Shown here: in pieces, positions 41,678-51,524 of the stretch | Layout of the letters: each line of letters opens with the position of its first letter | Position numbering within the stretch: the first letter of the stretch is position 1 | Source: Gammaproteobacteria bacterium | GTDB taxonomy: Bacteria > Pseudomonadota > Gammaproteobacteria > JBCCGL01 | Direction: 5' to 3' | Assembly (NCBI GenBank): GCA_965277715.1 | Contig: OZ255836.1 | Coordinates: forward strand, 1,984,001-2,048,000 | Length of the DNA stretch: 64,000 nucleotides | Notes under the pieces: model-generated | The model's database searches: none | What the model saw: only the letters and a program-made list of their open reading frames with translations | Told to the model about the DNA's origin: nothing | Translations under genes and position numbers: made by a program

Positions 41678-42094
41678 CTAATCCAATCGCTTTTTCATAT
41701 GGTACAAAACCGTACCGATAGGCCTATCTTCAAGCACCCCAAAAACAGCATACCCTTGCTTTTCGTAAAACCCCTTTGCCCCCACTGTCTTTAAAAAGGC
41801 AATGACAGCACCTTGCTCCCGCGCATAGGCCTCAGCCTCTTGCAGTAGCTCGCGGCCAAACTGCTGACCGCGCAGCTCTTCATCCACCCACAACGTATTG
41901 ATCTCCAATCCATCCCAATAGACACTGCCACTAATACCGGCAACCAGCGATTCACCATGGTGAACCAGAAACACAAAATGCTTATCGTTTATCTCATGGG
42001 GTAAGCCCGGTATTTCCGAGGCAGCGAAACACCAGAACTTGTCGTTTAACTCAGCAAGGTCTTGTGCACAGGGGTTGAATATTTTTTTAATCAA
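41678..42094 (-). CDS. GNAT N-acetyltransferase
   Basis: LWVDEELRGQQFG, AKGFYEKQGY. Confidence 0.88.
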   Translation of the reverse strand: MIKKIFNPCAQDLAELNDKFWCFAASEIPGLPHEINDKHFVFLVHHGESLVAGISGSVYWDGLEINTLWVDEELRGQQFGRELLQEAEAYAREQGAVIAFLKTVGAKGFYEKQGYAVFGVLEDRPIGTVLYHMKKRLD

Positions 42095-44607
42095 GCCCGC
42101 AACGCGGCATTGTCGGCATCAAACGGTGATTCGGCAATAACCGTAACGCGGTAGTGTTCACCCAGTATTTCAATGTCCATCTCCGTGCCCACCGTTGCCA
42201 GATCCGGGCGCACCAAACCCAGCGCCAGTGATTTATTCACCCGGAAACCATAACCCCCCGAGGTGGCACGACCAACCAACTCACCGTCTTTATAGATCGC
42301 CTCTGAACCCCGCGCATCGGCATCGTTAATACCGTGTACTTGCATTGTCGCAAACGCATAGTTAAAGCCCCGTGCCTGCCAATCGATCAAGGCCTGCTTA
42401 CCAATAAAATCACCCGCTTTATCGAGCCGCACAAAACGATCCAGTCCCGATTCCAGTGCCGCGTACTCAATCGACATTTCACACGGAATAATGCGGTAAG
42501 ATTTTTCTAACCGCAGTGAATCCATCGCGCGGATACCAAATGGCTTAATATCAAATTCTGCACCGGCTTTCATCAGCTCATCGAAAATATAATTTTGCAT
42601 TTCGATCGGGTGGTGCAGCTCCCAGCCAAGCTCGCCCACATAGTTAACCCGCAGGGCATTAGCCTGTGCAAACCCCACATTAATCGACTGCCCCGTGAGC
42701 CATTTAAAGTTGTCGTTGGACAGGTCTATATCGGTAAGCTTTTGCAGCACATCGCGGGAGCGCGGCCCCGCCAGGACCAACACACCGTACTGTGTCGTCA
42801 CTTTTTGTAAATCCACGCTGCCATCTGCCGGTTTGTATTTACACAGGTAATCCCAATCGTGACGCTCCATTGAACCGGCTGACATTAAGGTATAGCGTTG
42901 CGCGCCCGTTTTATAGATCGTGAACTCTGAACGCACGCCGCCGTTCAATGACAACATATGGCACAGACCAATGCGCCCGATGGTTTTGGGGATTTTGTTG
43001 GCAACCAGGTATTCCAACCACTGCTCCGCCCCCACACCACTGACTGTGAATTTAGAAAACGCCGACATATCCAGCAAACCCACTTTTTGGTTAACGTGCC
43101 GACACTCGTTGCCGACGTGTTCAAAATAGTTGCTGCGGCGGAAGCTGTATTTCTCGACGGGTCGATCACGCCCCTCGGGCGCAGGTGAATGGTTGTCGTT
43201 GAGCAACACGTCCGCCTGATTTAAGTAATCCGGGTTTAAACCATAGTCCAGCGGTGCAAACCAGTTGGGGCGCTCCCAACCATAGGTTTGGCCAAACACG
43301 GCGCCCAATGCCTTCATGCGGTCATAGCAGGGCGATTGTTTGAGTGGCCGCGCCGACGGGCGCTCCTCATCGGGAAAATGTGTGGTGAATACATTGCGAT
43401 ACGCTTCTTCGTTTTTCTCACGCAAATACCCGCGTGCCGCATAGGGGCCATAGCGGCGTGGATCGACCCCCATCATATCCACAGTGGGCTCACCGTCGAC
43501 AATCCACTCGGCTAACTGCCAACCCGCACCACCGGCAGCGGTAATCCCAAAACTGTGGCCTTCGCTGAGCCAGAAGTTTTTCAACCCCCAGGCCGGGCCG
43601 ACAATGGGGTTACCATCCGGGGTGTAGGCAATCGCGCCGTTGTACACTTCTTTAACCCCCACCTCACCAAAAGCGGGGACACGGTTCATGCACGCCTCGA
43701 TATGGGGCTCCAGCCGATCCAGATCCCCCTGGAAAAGTTCGTTTTCACAATCCTCTGACGGGCCGTCAACATAACAACAGGGCGCCCCTTTTTCGTAGGG
43801 GCCAAGCAATAATCCACCCGCTTCTTCACGCAGATAATAACCCGCATCCGATTCGCGCAATACGCCCTGCTCGCCTAAGCCCTGGCGGTGGCGTTCAAGA
43901 ATTTCCGGGTGTGGTTCGGTGACGATAAACTGATGCTGAACGGGGATAACAGGAATATCCAGGCCGACCATTTCCCCTGTCTTACGCGCAAAGCTGCCGG
44001 TGCAGGACACCACGTGCTCACAGGTGATATCGCCTTTGTCCGTGCGCACTAACCACTCGCCGCCTGCGGTGCGTTCGATGCCATTAACACAGGTGTAACG
44101 GTTAATTTCAGCGCCCCGGTCACGTGCGCCCTTGGCCAGTGCCTGGGTCAGGTTGGCGGGTTGAATATAGCCGTCGTCGGGGTGTTGGATGGCGCCAACC
44201 AACCCATCGATATTACACATCGGCCAGACTTCTTTGACCTGCTCTGGGGTGAGGAACTTAACATCGACACCGACCGTACCGGCAATTCCGGCATAATAGC
44301 GGTATTCATCCATGCGCTCTTGCGTGCAGGCCAGGCGTATATTCGATACCACTTTAAAGCCGACATCCACGCCCGTTTCTTCCTGTAGCGCGTGGTAAAA
44401 GTTAACCGAGTACTTGTGCAATTGCCCGACCGAGTAACTCATATTAAATAGTGGCAACAAACCCGCCGCATGCCAGGTGGAACCCGAGGTCAGTTCCCTG
44501 CGTTCAACCAGCGTGACATCAGTCCAGCCCTTTTTTGCCAAATGGTATAGCGTGCTGGCACCGACAACACCCCCACCAATCACCACCACGCGTGCGTGTG
44601 ATTTCAT
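42091..44607 (-). CDS. dimethylglycine/sarcosine dehydrogenase-like FAD oxidoreductase fused to a GcvT domain
   Basis: VIGGGVVG, TSGSTWHAAG (His flavinylation motif), YTPDGNP, GWERPNWF, GELGWELH, SLRLEKSY, TSGGYG. Confidence 0.9.
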   Translation of the reverse strand: MKSHARVVVIGGGVVGASTLYHLAKKGWTDVTLVERRELTSGSTWHAAGLLPLFNMSYSVGQLHKYSVNFYHALQEETGVDVGFKVVSNIRLACTQERMDEYRYYAGIAGTVGVDVKFLTPEQVKEVWPMCNIDGLVGAIQHPDDGYIQPANLTQALAKGARDRGAEINRYTCVNGIERTAGGEWLVRTDKGDITCEHVVSCTGSFARKTGEMVGLDIPVIPVQHQFIVTEPHPEILERHRQGLGEQGVLRESDAGYYLREEAGGLLLGPYEKGAPCCYVDGPSEDCENELFQGDLDRLEPHIEACMNRVPAFGEVGVKEVYNGAIAYTPDGNPIVGPAWGLKNFWLSEGHSFGITAAGGAGWQLAEWIVDGEPTVDMMGVDPRRYGPYAARGYLREKNEEAYRNVFTTHFPDEERPSARPLKQSPCYDRMKALGAVFGQTYGWERPNWFAPLDYGLNPDYLNQADVLLNDNHSPAPEGRDRPVEKYSFRRSNYFEHVGNECRHVNQKVGLLDMSAFSKFTVSGVGAEQWLEYLVANKIPKTIGRIGLCHMLSLNGGVRSEFTIYKTGAQRYTLMSAGSMERHDWDYLCKYKPADGSVDLQKVTTQYGVLVLAGPRSRDVLQKLTDIDLSNDNFKWLTGQSINVGFAQANALRVNYVGELGWELHHPIEMQNYIFDELMKAGAEFDIKPFGIRAMDSLRLEKSYRIIPCEMSIEYAALESGLDRFVRLDKAGDFIGKQALIDWQARGFNYAFATMQVHGINDADARGSEAIYKDGELVGRATSGGYGFRVNKSLALGLVRPDLATVGTEMDIEILGEHYRVTVIAESPFDADNAALRA

Positions 44608-44856
44608 CTATTACCCCTTACCGTATTTCGACATAAGCTATGACGGCGAGTCTATTGCCGCCCCTGCCGCAATACGCGCCCGTATGCGACAGCAGACTAC
44701 CCGTCTGCGCCACTCCTATGCGCGACTAAAAATGCCCCTCGTAAAAATCACTTGGCGCCAGCAGCTAATCACGCGTCGTAGACGGATACGATGGCACCCA
44801 GCGTATCGCCGATACTGCGATATTTACATTGGCGACATTCGACGGAGACACCCCCC

Positions 44857-46392
44857 ATGTCTGAGAAAAAACGTCGCGGCGGCGGACGTTCGGCACGTCA
44901 GCAGGCACGCGCAACCAATACGACACCCGTCGCCCCTTACATCAACCGTAACATCCCCTATTTTGAACTCCTCAACGAGGAGCAGTTGGCGCTCATTGAG
45001 CACAACGCAGAAACAGTGCTCGAAGAAGTGGGCATTGAGTTTCGCGATGACCAGGCAGCGCTAAATATGCTGCGCGAGGCAGGCGCCGATGTACAGGGAG
45101 AACGCGTGCATTTCCCACGCGGTATGTGCCGCAAAATAATCCAGGACAACGCCCCTGCAGAATACACCCAACACGCACGCAACCCCGATAAAAGCATCAT
45201 TATCGGCGGTAAGCGCACCGTACTGGTGCCCGCTTACGGTTCACCTTTTATCCGCAACCTCGATGAGGGCCGCCGCTACGCCACCATTGAGGACTTTCGC
45301 AATTTCGTCAAGCTGGCCTATATGGCACCCGGCATGCACCACTCTGGCGGCACCGTGTGCGAGCCTGTTGACCTGCCTGTCAACAAACGCCATTTTGATA
45401 TGATCTACTCGCACATAAAATACAGCGACAAGCCGTTTATGGGATCAGTCACCGCGCCACAACGCGCACAAGACACTATCAATATGGCGGGGTTGGTGTT
45501 TGGTGAAGACTTCGTAAAAGACAACACCGTCACCACCAGTCTGATCAACGCCAACTCACCCATGACGTTTGACGACACCATGCTCGGCGCAGCGCGGGTG
45601 TACGCACAAAACAACCAGGCGACGGTGGTCTCGCCGTTTATCCTCGCCGGGGCAATGTCCCCCGTTACTGTGGTGGCGACACTCACGCAAATTCTCGCCG
45701 AGGCGATGGCCGGGATGACGTTTGTGCAATTGGTGCGCGCCGGTGCCCCCGTCATATTTGGCACCTTTGCCAGCTCCATCTCCATGCAATCGGGGGCGCC
45801 GACATTTGGTTCACCAGAACCTTCACTGGTGCTATACGGTGCGGCACAACTGGCGCGGCGACTGGGCGTGCCCTTTCGTTCAGGGGGCGGGCTGTGTGGC
45901 TCTAAAATTGCCGATGCACAGGCGGCGTACGAATCGGCCAATACGCTGCAAACCGCCGCGCTGGCTGGAGTCAATTTTATGCTGCACACCGCAGGTTGGC
46001 TGGAGGGCGGCCTGGCGATGGGTTACGAGAAATTTGTCATGGACTGCGACCAGGCCAGCATGATAGTACGGTTGCTGCAAGGGGCTGACTTTTCAGAGAC
46101 CGGGCAAGGCATGAGCGCCATTCGCGAAGTGGGGCCGGGGCAACACTTCCTCGGCTGTCAACACACCCAGGACAACTTTGAAACGGCGTTCTATCGGTCC
46201 ACCATTGGCGACAACAACAGTTTTGAACAGTGGGAATCTGACGGCAGCCTGGATGCCAACCAACGCGCCAATAAATTGTGGAAAAAGTGGCTGGAAGAAT
46301 ACCAGGCACCGCCGTTGGACCCCGCCATCGACGAGGCATTGATCGACTATATGCAACGGCGTAAAGGGGAGTTTGCTGATTCAAACGTATAG
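44857..46392 (+). CDS. trimethylamine methyltransferase (MttB) superfamily, non-pyrrolysine (MtgB-like)
   Basis: GGGRSAR N-terminus, HARNP, GGTVCEPVD, INANSP, PFILAGAMSP, SK..DAQAAYE, HTAGWLEGG; no in-frame TAG. Confidence 0.9.
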   Translation: MSEKKRRGGGRSARQQARATNTTPVAPYINRNIPYFELLNEEQLALIEHNAETVLEEVGIEFRDDQAALNMLREAGADVQGERVHFPRGMCRKIIQDNAPAEYTQHARNPDKSIIIGGKRTVLVPAYGSPFIRNLDEGRRYATIEDFRNFVKLAYMAPGMHHSGGTVCEPVDLPVNKRHFDMIYSHIKYSDKPFMGSVTAPQRAQDTINMAGLVFGEDFVKDNTVTTSLINANSPMTFDDTMLGAARVYAQNNQATVVSPFILAGAMSPVTVVATLTQILAEAMAGMTFVQLVRAGAPVIFGTFASSISMQSGAPTFGSPEPSLVLYGAAQLARRLGVPFRSGGGLCGSKIADAQAAYESANTLQTAALAGVNFMLHTAGWLEGGLAMGYEKFVMDCDQASMIVRLLQGADFSETGQGMSAIREVGPGQHFLGCQHTQDNFETAFYRSTIGDNNSFEQWESDGSLDANQRANKLWKKWLEEYQAPPLDPAIDEALIDYMQRRKGEFADSNV

Positions 46393-46449
46393 TTTTTCAG
46401 TAAGGATCAGGTAAACTTGCCCGCACGTTAATACGGGCAACGACACCCC

Positions 46450-47136
46450 ATGCACTACGCCGTTCCAGCCACACAACGCACCACCCTTCCTGTTATCAAC
46501 CACGATGCCGTATTTCCAGTGCGGCGGATTTATTGCGTTGGCAGAAACTACGCCGAGCACACCCGCGAGATGGGCGGCAGCCCGGAACGCACCCCGCCCT
46601 GTTTTTTCACCAAACCAGCCGATGCAATCGTCGCCGATGGCGCCATCATCGACTATCCCCAGGCAACCAACAACCTGCACTACGAAGTGGAAATGGTACT
46701 TGCTATCGGTGAAGGTGGAAAAGATCTAAGCAAACGTACGGCTATTAACCACGTTTACGGTTACGCCGTTGGCGTCGACCTCACCCGTCGCGATTTGCAA
46801 AAAGCCGCCAAAGACCAGCGTACACCGTGGGACAGTGGCAAAGCCTTCGACAACTCGGCGCCCTGTTCAGCCATTATGCCAGCGAGTGAAATCGGCCACC
46901 CCGATGACGCCGCCATTTGGCTAAATGTCAATGGTGTAAGCAAACAGTCATCCAACACTGCCGCCATGATCTGGTCTAATGCCGAAATAGTGGCGGTGTT
47001 GTCGACACTATTTGAACTGCGGCCAGGGGATTTAATTTTTACCGGCACGCCAGAAGGTGTCGGCGCCATTGTCAGTGGGGATAGGTTGGAAGCGGGTATT
47101 GATGGTGTGGGTACATTGGCATTGTCTATTCGATAA
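46450..47136 (+). CDS. fumarylacetoacetate hydrolase family protein
   Basis: RRIYCVGRNYAEH, FFTKP, HYEVE, DLTRRDLQ, GKAFD, FTGTPEGVG. Confidence 0.92.
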   Translation: MHYAVPATQRTTLPVINHDAVFPVRRIYCVGRNYAEHTREMGGSPERTPPCFFTKPADAIVADGAIIDYPQATNNLHYEVEMVLAIGEGGKDLSKRTAINHVYGYAVGVDLTRRDLQKAAKDQRTPWDSGKAFDNSAPCSAIMPASEIGHPDDAAIWLNVNGVSKQSSNTAAMIWSNAEIVAVLSTLFELRPGDLIFTGTPEGVGAIVSGDRLEAGIDGVGTLALSIR

Positions 47137-47147
47137 TTTATCTATTG

Positions 47148-47612
47148 TTAGAAAACCCCGCACTCAAAATACCCAACGCCATCGATCTCTCTTTCGAGCG
47201 CAAAACCAACGCGTTCAAACGACCGGCGGCTTGCTGTATTCAACATTTTGATTTCTGCTTTTACCCGTTTAATGGATGGATTTTTTTCTCTAAGGTAAGT
47301 CAACGCCGCCTCTAAACAAAGCGTCGCAAGCCCATTGCCACGCATTAGTGGTGCAAGGTTGATTGAAATCACCGCAGCATCACTTTCCAGGTCGAACCGA
47401 ACAACGCCAATTTTTTCGCCACCTTTTGCAACATAACAGAGGAGCAAAAACCTGTTTGGGTTAGAAAGGGAGGACACAAACCACTTTGCGTGCTCTTCCC
47501 ATTCAATTTTGTCCATGGTATGCGACATCTGCCTTGTAAGTTCGTCATTCCGCCACGCAAAGATATCTTTACTATCACCACTGTCTGCCAACCTAATAGA
47601 TATAGACGACAT
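47148..47612 (-). CDS. GNAT acetyltransferase (Acetyltransf_3, PseH-like)
   Basis: WRND, EH.KWF, IGVVRFD, RGNGLA, NTASRRSFERVGF. Confidence 0.85.
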   Translation of the reverse strand: MSSISIRLADSGDSKDIFAWRNDELTRQMSHTMDKIEWEEHAKWFVSSLSNPNRFLLLCYVAKGGEKIGVVRFDLESDAAVISINLAPLMRGNGLATLCLEAALTYLREKNPSIKRVKAEIKMLNTASRRSFERVGFALEREIDGVGYFECGVF

Positions 47613-47702
47613 AAAACGCTCCCAATTTTGAATTGACTCATAACACTTCACTCATACCATTAAGAGCACTCTCTAAAACCTTACCCATTATTTACCCATT
47701 AT

Positions 47703-50700
47703 TTACATATTACGACGGTATTTCCCCCCCACCTCAAACAACGCATTAGTCAATTGTCCCAATGAACAATACTGCACAGCCGACACTAGCTCGGCAAATA
47801 CATTATCACCCGCCATAGCAGTCCTTTTGACACTGGCAATTGCCTCTACAGCCTGCTCTTTATGGCGCTGCTGAAAATCGCGTAAACGTTTAAGCTGGCG
47901 TTGTTTTTCTGCCTCTGTTGAACGCGCCAGCTCTACTTCCGGCACTTGATCACCGTGTGGGTTAACAAAGGTATTAACACCGACAAGAGGCAATGAACCA
48001 TCATGCTTTTTATGTTCATACAACATCGATTCATCCTGAATTTTCCCGCGCTGGTAACCCGTCTCCATAGCACCCAGCACACCACCGCGCTCAGAGATGC
48101 GCTCAAACTCACGCAATACCGCTTCTTCGACTAACTCAGTTAACTCCTCAATAATAAAAGCACCCTGGTTAGCATTTTCGTTAATCGCCAGCCCCCACTC
48201 GCGGTTAATAATTAATTGGATCGCCATCGCCCGCCGTACCGATTCCTCTGTCGGGGTGGTAACCGCTTCATCGAATGCGTTAGTGTGCAGGCTGTTGCAG
48301 TTGTCGTAAACCGCAATCAGCGCCTGGAGGGTAGTGCGTATATCGTTGAAATCCATCTCCTGCGCATGCAGCGAACGACCGGATGTCTGGATGTGGTATT
48401 TGAGTTTTTGACTGCGGGCATTGGCGCCGTAACGATCGCGCATGGCAACCGCCCAAATGCGGCGGGCCACCCGCCCCATCACGGTGTATTCCGGGTCCAT
48501 GCCATTGCTGAAAAAGAATGACAGATTACCGGCAAAATCGTCGATATGCATACCGCGCTCAAGGTACGATTCGACGTAGGTAAACCCGTTTGCAAGGGTA
48601 AAAGCCAACTGAGAAATAGGGTTGGCGCCCGCCTCGGCGATATGGTAGCCGGAGATCGATACCGAGTAAAAATTGCGCACACGGTGTTCGACAAAATACG
48701 CCTGAATGTCCCCCATCAGTTTTAAGCTGAATTCGGTCGAAAAAAGACAGGTATTTTGCCCCTGGTCCTCCTTAAGAATATCGGCCTGAACGGTGCCACG
48801 CACATTTTGCAGTGTCCAGCGGCGAATAGTCTGCGTCTCCTCATCCGTTGGCGCACGCTGGTTTTCGTGTTGAAATTTTGCTATTTGTTGCTGAAAAGCA
48901 CTGTCAAAAAAGAACGCCAGAATAATCGGTGCCGGACCGTTGATGGTCATGGACACCGATGTCGTCGGGTCGCACAAATCAAAGCCATCGTAGAGCACCT
49001 GCATATCTTCGGTACTACAAATTGAGACACCCGCATTGCCAACTTTACCGTAGATATCCGGGCGCTCGTCGGGATCCTGGCCATAAAGTGTCACCGAATC
49101 GAAAGCGGTGGACAGGCGTTTTGCCGGTGCATGTTCGGACAGTTGTTTAAAACGTTTGTTGGTGCGAAACGCATCACCTTCACCGGCAAACATCCGCGTT
49201 GGGTCTTCGTTATCCCGCTTGAACGGAAATACACCCGCCGTAAACGGAAAGTGCCCTGGCAGGTTTTCCAGCATCAGCCATTTGAGTAATTCCCCCTGGT
49301 CGACAAACTGGGGCGTACACACCCTGGGAACGGGTGTACCCGATAGGGTTTCACGGAACAGGTTTGTGTGTATTTCACGGTCCCGGATGGTGCTGACAAA
49401 TATCTCTGCCTGGTAGCGGGACTGTATTTCCGGCCATTGTGACAGCAACTGTTTCACGCCACTGTGTAACTGCTGCTCACGCACCGCCAACAACGCGGTG
49501 ATGTCGCTGTTTTCAGCATTACCCGCTGCCCGCAACATTGCCTGGGTTTCCATGAGTTGCTGGCGCTGGCGGGCACAATGCGACTGACGCTGTACAGTGG
49601 CTTTATAAGTGCGCACAGTATCGCCAATTTCAGCGAGGTAACGGGCGCGATTGGCCGGGATAATCGATACAGCGCCGGTCGATATACGGGTATCGACACG
49701 TTCGAGATGTCCCCCATCAACAACCAGGCCTTTTTCCCGAACACATTTCAATAACGCCTGGTATAGGGCCGTGGTGCCATCGTCGTTAAATCGTGCGGCT
49801 ATGGTGCCAAACACGGGCATGTTTTCGACGCTTTCGGCAAATGCCTCGCGGTTGCGCTGCACCTGTTTGCGCACATCGCGAATCGCATCGGCGGCCCCTT
49901 TGCGGTCGCATTTATTGATGGCGATAACATCGGCGTAGTCGAGCATATCAATCTTTTCGAGTTGCGATGCCGCGCCAAACTCCGGTGTCATAACGTATAG
50001 CGACAAATCGCAATACGGCACGATGCCCGCATCGCCCTGGCCAATGCCGGGGGTTTCTACAATAATTACGTCAAACCCTGCACAGCGGCTTGCAGCAATA
50101 ATATCGGCTATTTCTGTGGGCACTTCGCCCTGGGTGTTGCGTGTGGCGATTGAACGCATGTAGATATTCTGATGATCGATGGCATTCATGCGGATACGGT
50201 CACCGAGCAGTGAACCACCCGTTTTGCGTCGGGTTGGGTCAATGGCGATGACGGCAATGCGCAAATGATCAGCATGATCGATACGAAAGCGACGGATCAC
50301 CTCATCGGTTATCGACGATTTTCCAGAGCCCCCCGTACCCGTAATACCCAATACGGGTACACGCAACGCTTTGGCCCCGGCCAGTTGGTGCAGGTTCTGC
50401 CTATAGCTTTTATTGCAGACACCATTTTCAAGATCACTGATCGTGCGCGATAATGCGCGCCAGTCGTTTTCAAGCCCGCCGGGCACCACCGTGGTGGTTG
50501 CGTTTGCCGGGTGTTCAGCCATTTGCCTGGCACGGCTGAGCATATCGGCGATCATGCCTTGTAAGCCAAGCGTCTGGCCGTCAGCCGGTGAATAGATACG
50601 CGTTACGCCGTAGTGGTGCAGTTCATCGATTTCGCGGGCGACAATAACGCCGCCGCCGCCGCCAAAAACGGCAATATTTTCACCGCCCTGCGCACGCAGC

Positions 50701-50969
50701 TTATCCAGCATATATTTGAAATACTCGACGTGCCCGCCCTGGTAAGAGCTGACGGCAATGCCATCGGCGTCCTCGTGCAGTGCGGCGGTGACAATTTCAT
50801 CGACCGAGCGATTGTGCCCCAAGTGGATAACTTCAACCCCTGACGCCTGTAAGATCCGCCGCATGATATTGATTGAAGCGTCGTGACCATCAAATAAACT
50901 GGCGGCGGTAACAAAGCGCAAGGGTCGATTGGTTTGGGTGACAGGGAGATTGGCAGCCGGCGTGGACAT
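47703..50969 (-). CDS. icmF: fused isobutyryl-CoA mutase / G-protein chaperone
   Basis: B12-binding FDGHDASIN, GTPase GTGGSGKSS, NKCD, mutase RMFAGEG, YHIAEAGANP, QTSGRSLHAQE; about 1090 aa. Confidence 0.95.
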   Translation of the reverse strand: MSTPAANLPVTQTNRPLRFVTAASLFDGHDASINIMRRILQASGVEVIHLGHNRSVDEIVTAALHEDADGIAVSSYQGGHVEYFKYMLDKLRAQGGENIAVFGGGGGVIVAREIDELHHYGVTRIYSPADGQTLGLQGMIADMLSRARQMAEHPANATTTVVPGGLENDWRALSRTISDLENGVCNKSYRQNLHQLAGAKALRVPVLGITGTGGSGKSSITDEVIRRFRIDHADHLRIAVIAIDPTRRKTGGSLLGDRIRMNAIDHQNIYMRSIATRNTQGEVPTEIADIIAASRCAGFDVIIVETPGIGQGDAGIVPYCDLSLYVMTPEFGAASQLEKIDMLDYADVIAINKCDRKGAADAIRDVRKQVQRNREAFAESVENMPVFGTIAARFNDDGTTALYQALLKCVREKGLVVDGGHLERVDTRISTGAVSIIPANRARYLAEIGDTVRTYKATVQRQSHCARQRQQLMETQAMLRAAGNAENSDITALLAVREQQLHSGVKQLLSQWPEIQSRYQAEIFVSTIRDREIHTNLFRETLSGTPVPRVCTPQFVDQGELLKWLMLENLPGHFPFTAGVFPFKRDNEDPTRMFAGEGDAFRTNKRFKQLSEHAPAKRLSTAFDSVTLYGQDPDERPDIYGKVGNAGVSICSTEDMQVLYDGFDLCDPTTSVSMTINGPAPIILAFFFDSAFQQQIAKFQHENQRAPTDEETQTIRRWTLQNVRGTVQADILKEDQGQNTCLFSTEFSLKLMGDIQAYFVEHRVRNFYSVSISGYHIAEAGANPISQLAFTLANGFTYVESYLERGMHIDDFAGNLSFFFSNGMDPEYTVMGRVARRIWAVAMRDRYGANARSQKLKYHIQTSGRSLHAQEMDFNDIRTTLQALIAVYDNCNSLHTNAFDEAVTTPTEESVRRAMAIQLIINREWGLAINENANQGAFIIEELTELVEEAVLREFERISERGGVLGAMETGYQRGKIQDESMLYEHKKHDGSLPLVGVNTFVNPHGDQVPEVELARSTEAEKQRQLKRLRDFQQRHKEQAVEAIASVKRTAMAGDNVFAELVSAVQYCSLGQLTNALFEVGGKYRRNM

Positions 50970-51025
50970 ACAATACATCCTTCTAATGGGGTAGCGCCCA
51001 GGCGGGCAGATACCAGCACATTCTA

Positions 51026-51047
51026 TTTACCTTTACGTAAACGTCAA
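51026..51047. promoter_or_regulatory. LiuR operator (two overlapping boxes) on the icmF promoter
   Basis: TTTACCTTTACGTAAACGTCAA matches the LiuR palindrome TTTACGT-WW-ACGTAAA; the minus strand gives TTGACG-16 bp-TAGAAT. Confidence 0.8.
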
Positions 51048-51128
51048 TAGAAGGTATTTTGCACGTTTTAACCCACAGTATCGTCATAAGCCTCAACGCT
51101 TAGAAAACGTCTATCGCATCTGCTATCC

Positions 51129-51524
51129 ATGTCAGCTACCTTTACTATTTCTGCTTTGGCGACAGAGTTTAATGTCACCACACGCACCATCCGCTTCTAT
51201 GAAGACAAAGGGCTATTGGCACCGACACGCAATGGCCGCAACCGGGTCTACTCGAAGCGGGATCGCACCCGGCTCAAATTGGTTTTACGCGGTAAACGAC
51301 TGGGCTTTAGCCTCGATGAAACCCGCGAGATTATTGATTTATACGATGGCCAGGCCAGCGGTGAGCGCCAGCAATTGTTGTTGATGTGCGACAAAATTCG
51401 CGATAGCCGGGCGTTATTGACCCAACAACTGAAAGATATTGAACGATCACTCAACGAAATGGAGCGCATTGAGGCGAATTGCACACGTCAACTGGCCACG
51501 CTGAATTCGACGGGTTCAACCTGA
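51129..51524 (+). CDS. liuR: MerR-family regulator LiuR
   Basis: FTIS.LA.EF.VTTRTIRFYEDKGLL.P.R.G, RTRLKLVLRGKRLGFSL; operator adjacent. Confidence 0.85.
   Translation: MSATFTISALATEFNVTTRTIRFYEDKGLLAPTRNGRNRVYSKRDRTRLKLVLRGKRLGFSLDETREIIDLYDGQASGERQQLLLMCDKIRDSRALLTQQLKDIERSLNEMERIEANCTRQLATLNSTGST

Noticed and set aside
44608-44856. GbdR/AraC-type operator in the divergent promoter
   Set aside because: Scattered CGAC/GTCG words but no convincing spaced repeat could be defined by eye
44477-45064. 195-aa ORF bridging the DMG dehydrogenase-MttB junction
   Set aside because: Overlaps both real genes and has an Arg-rich non-protein-like composition
44857-46392. Pyrrolysine recoding in MttB
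   Set aside because: No in-frame TAG; Leu occupies the equivalent position
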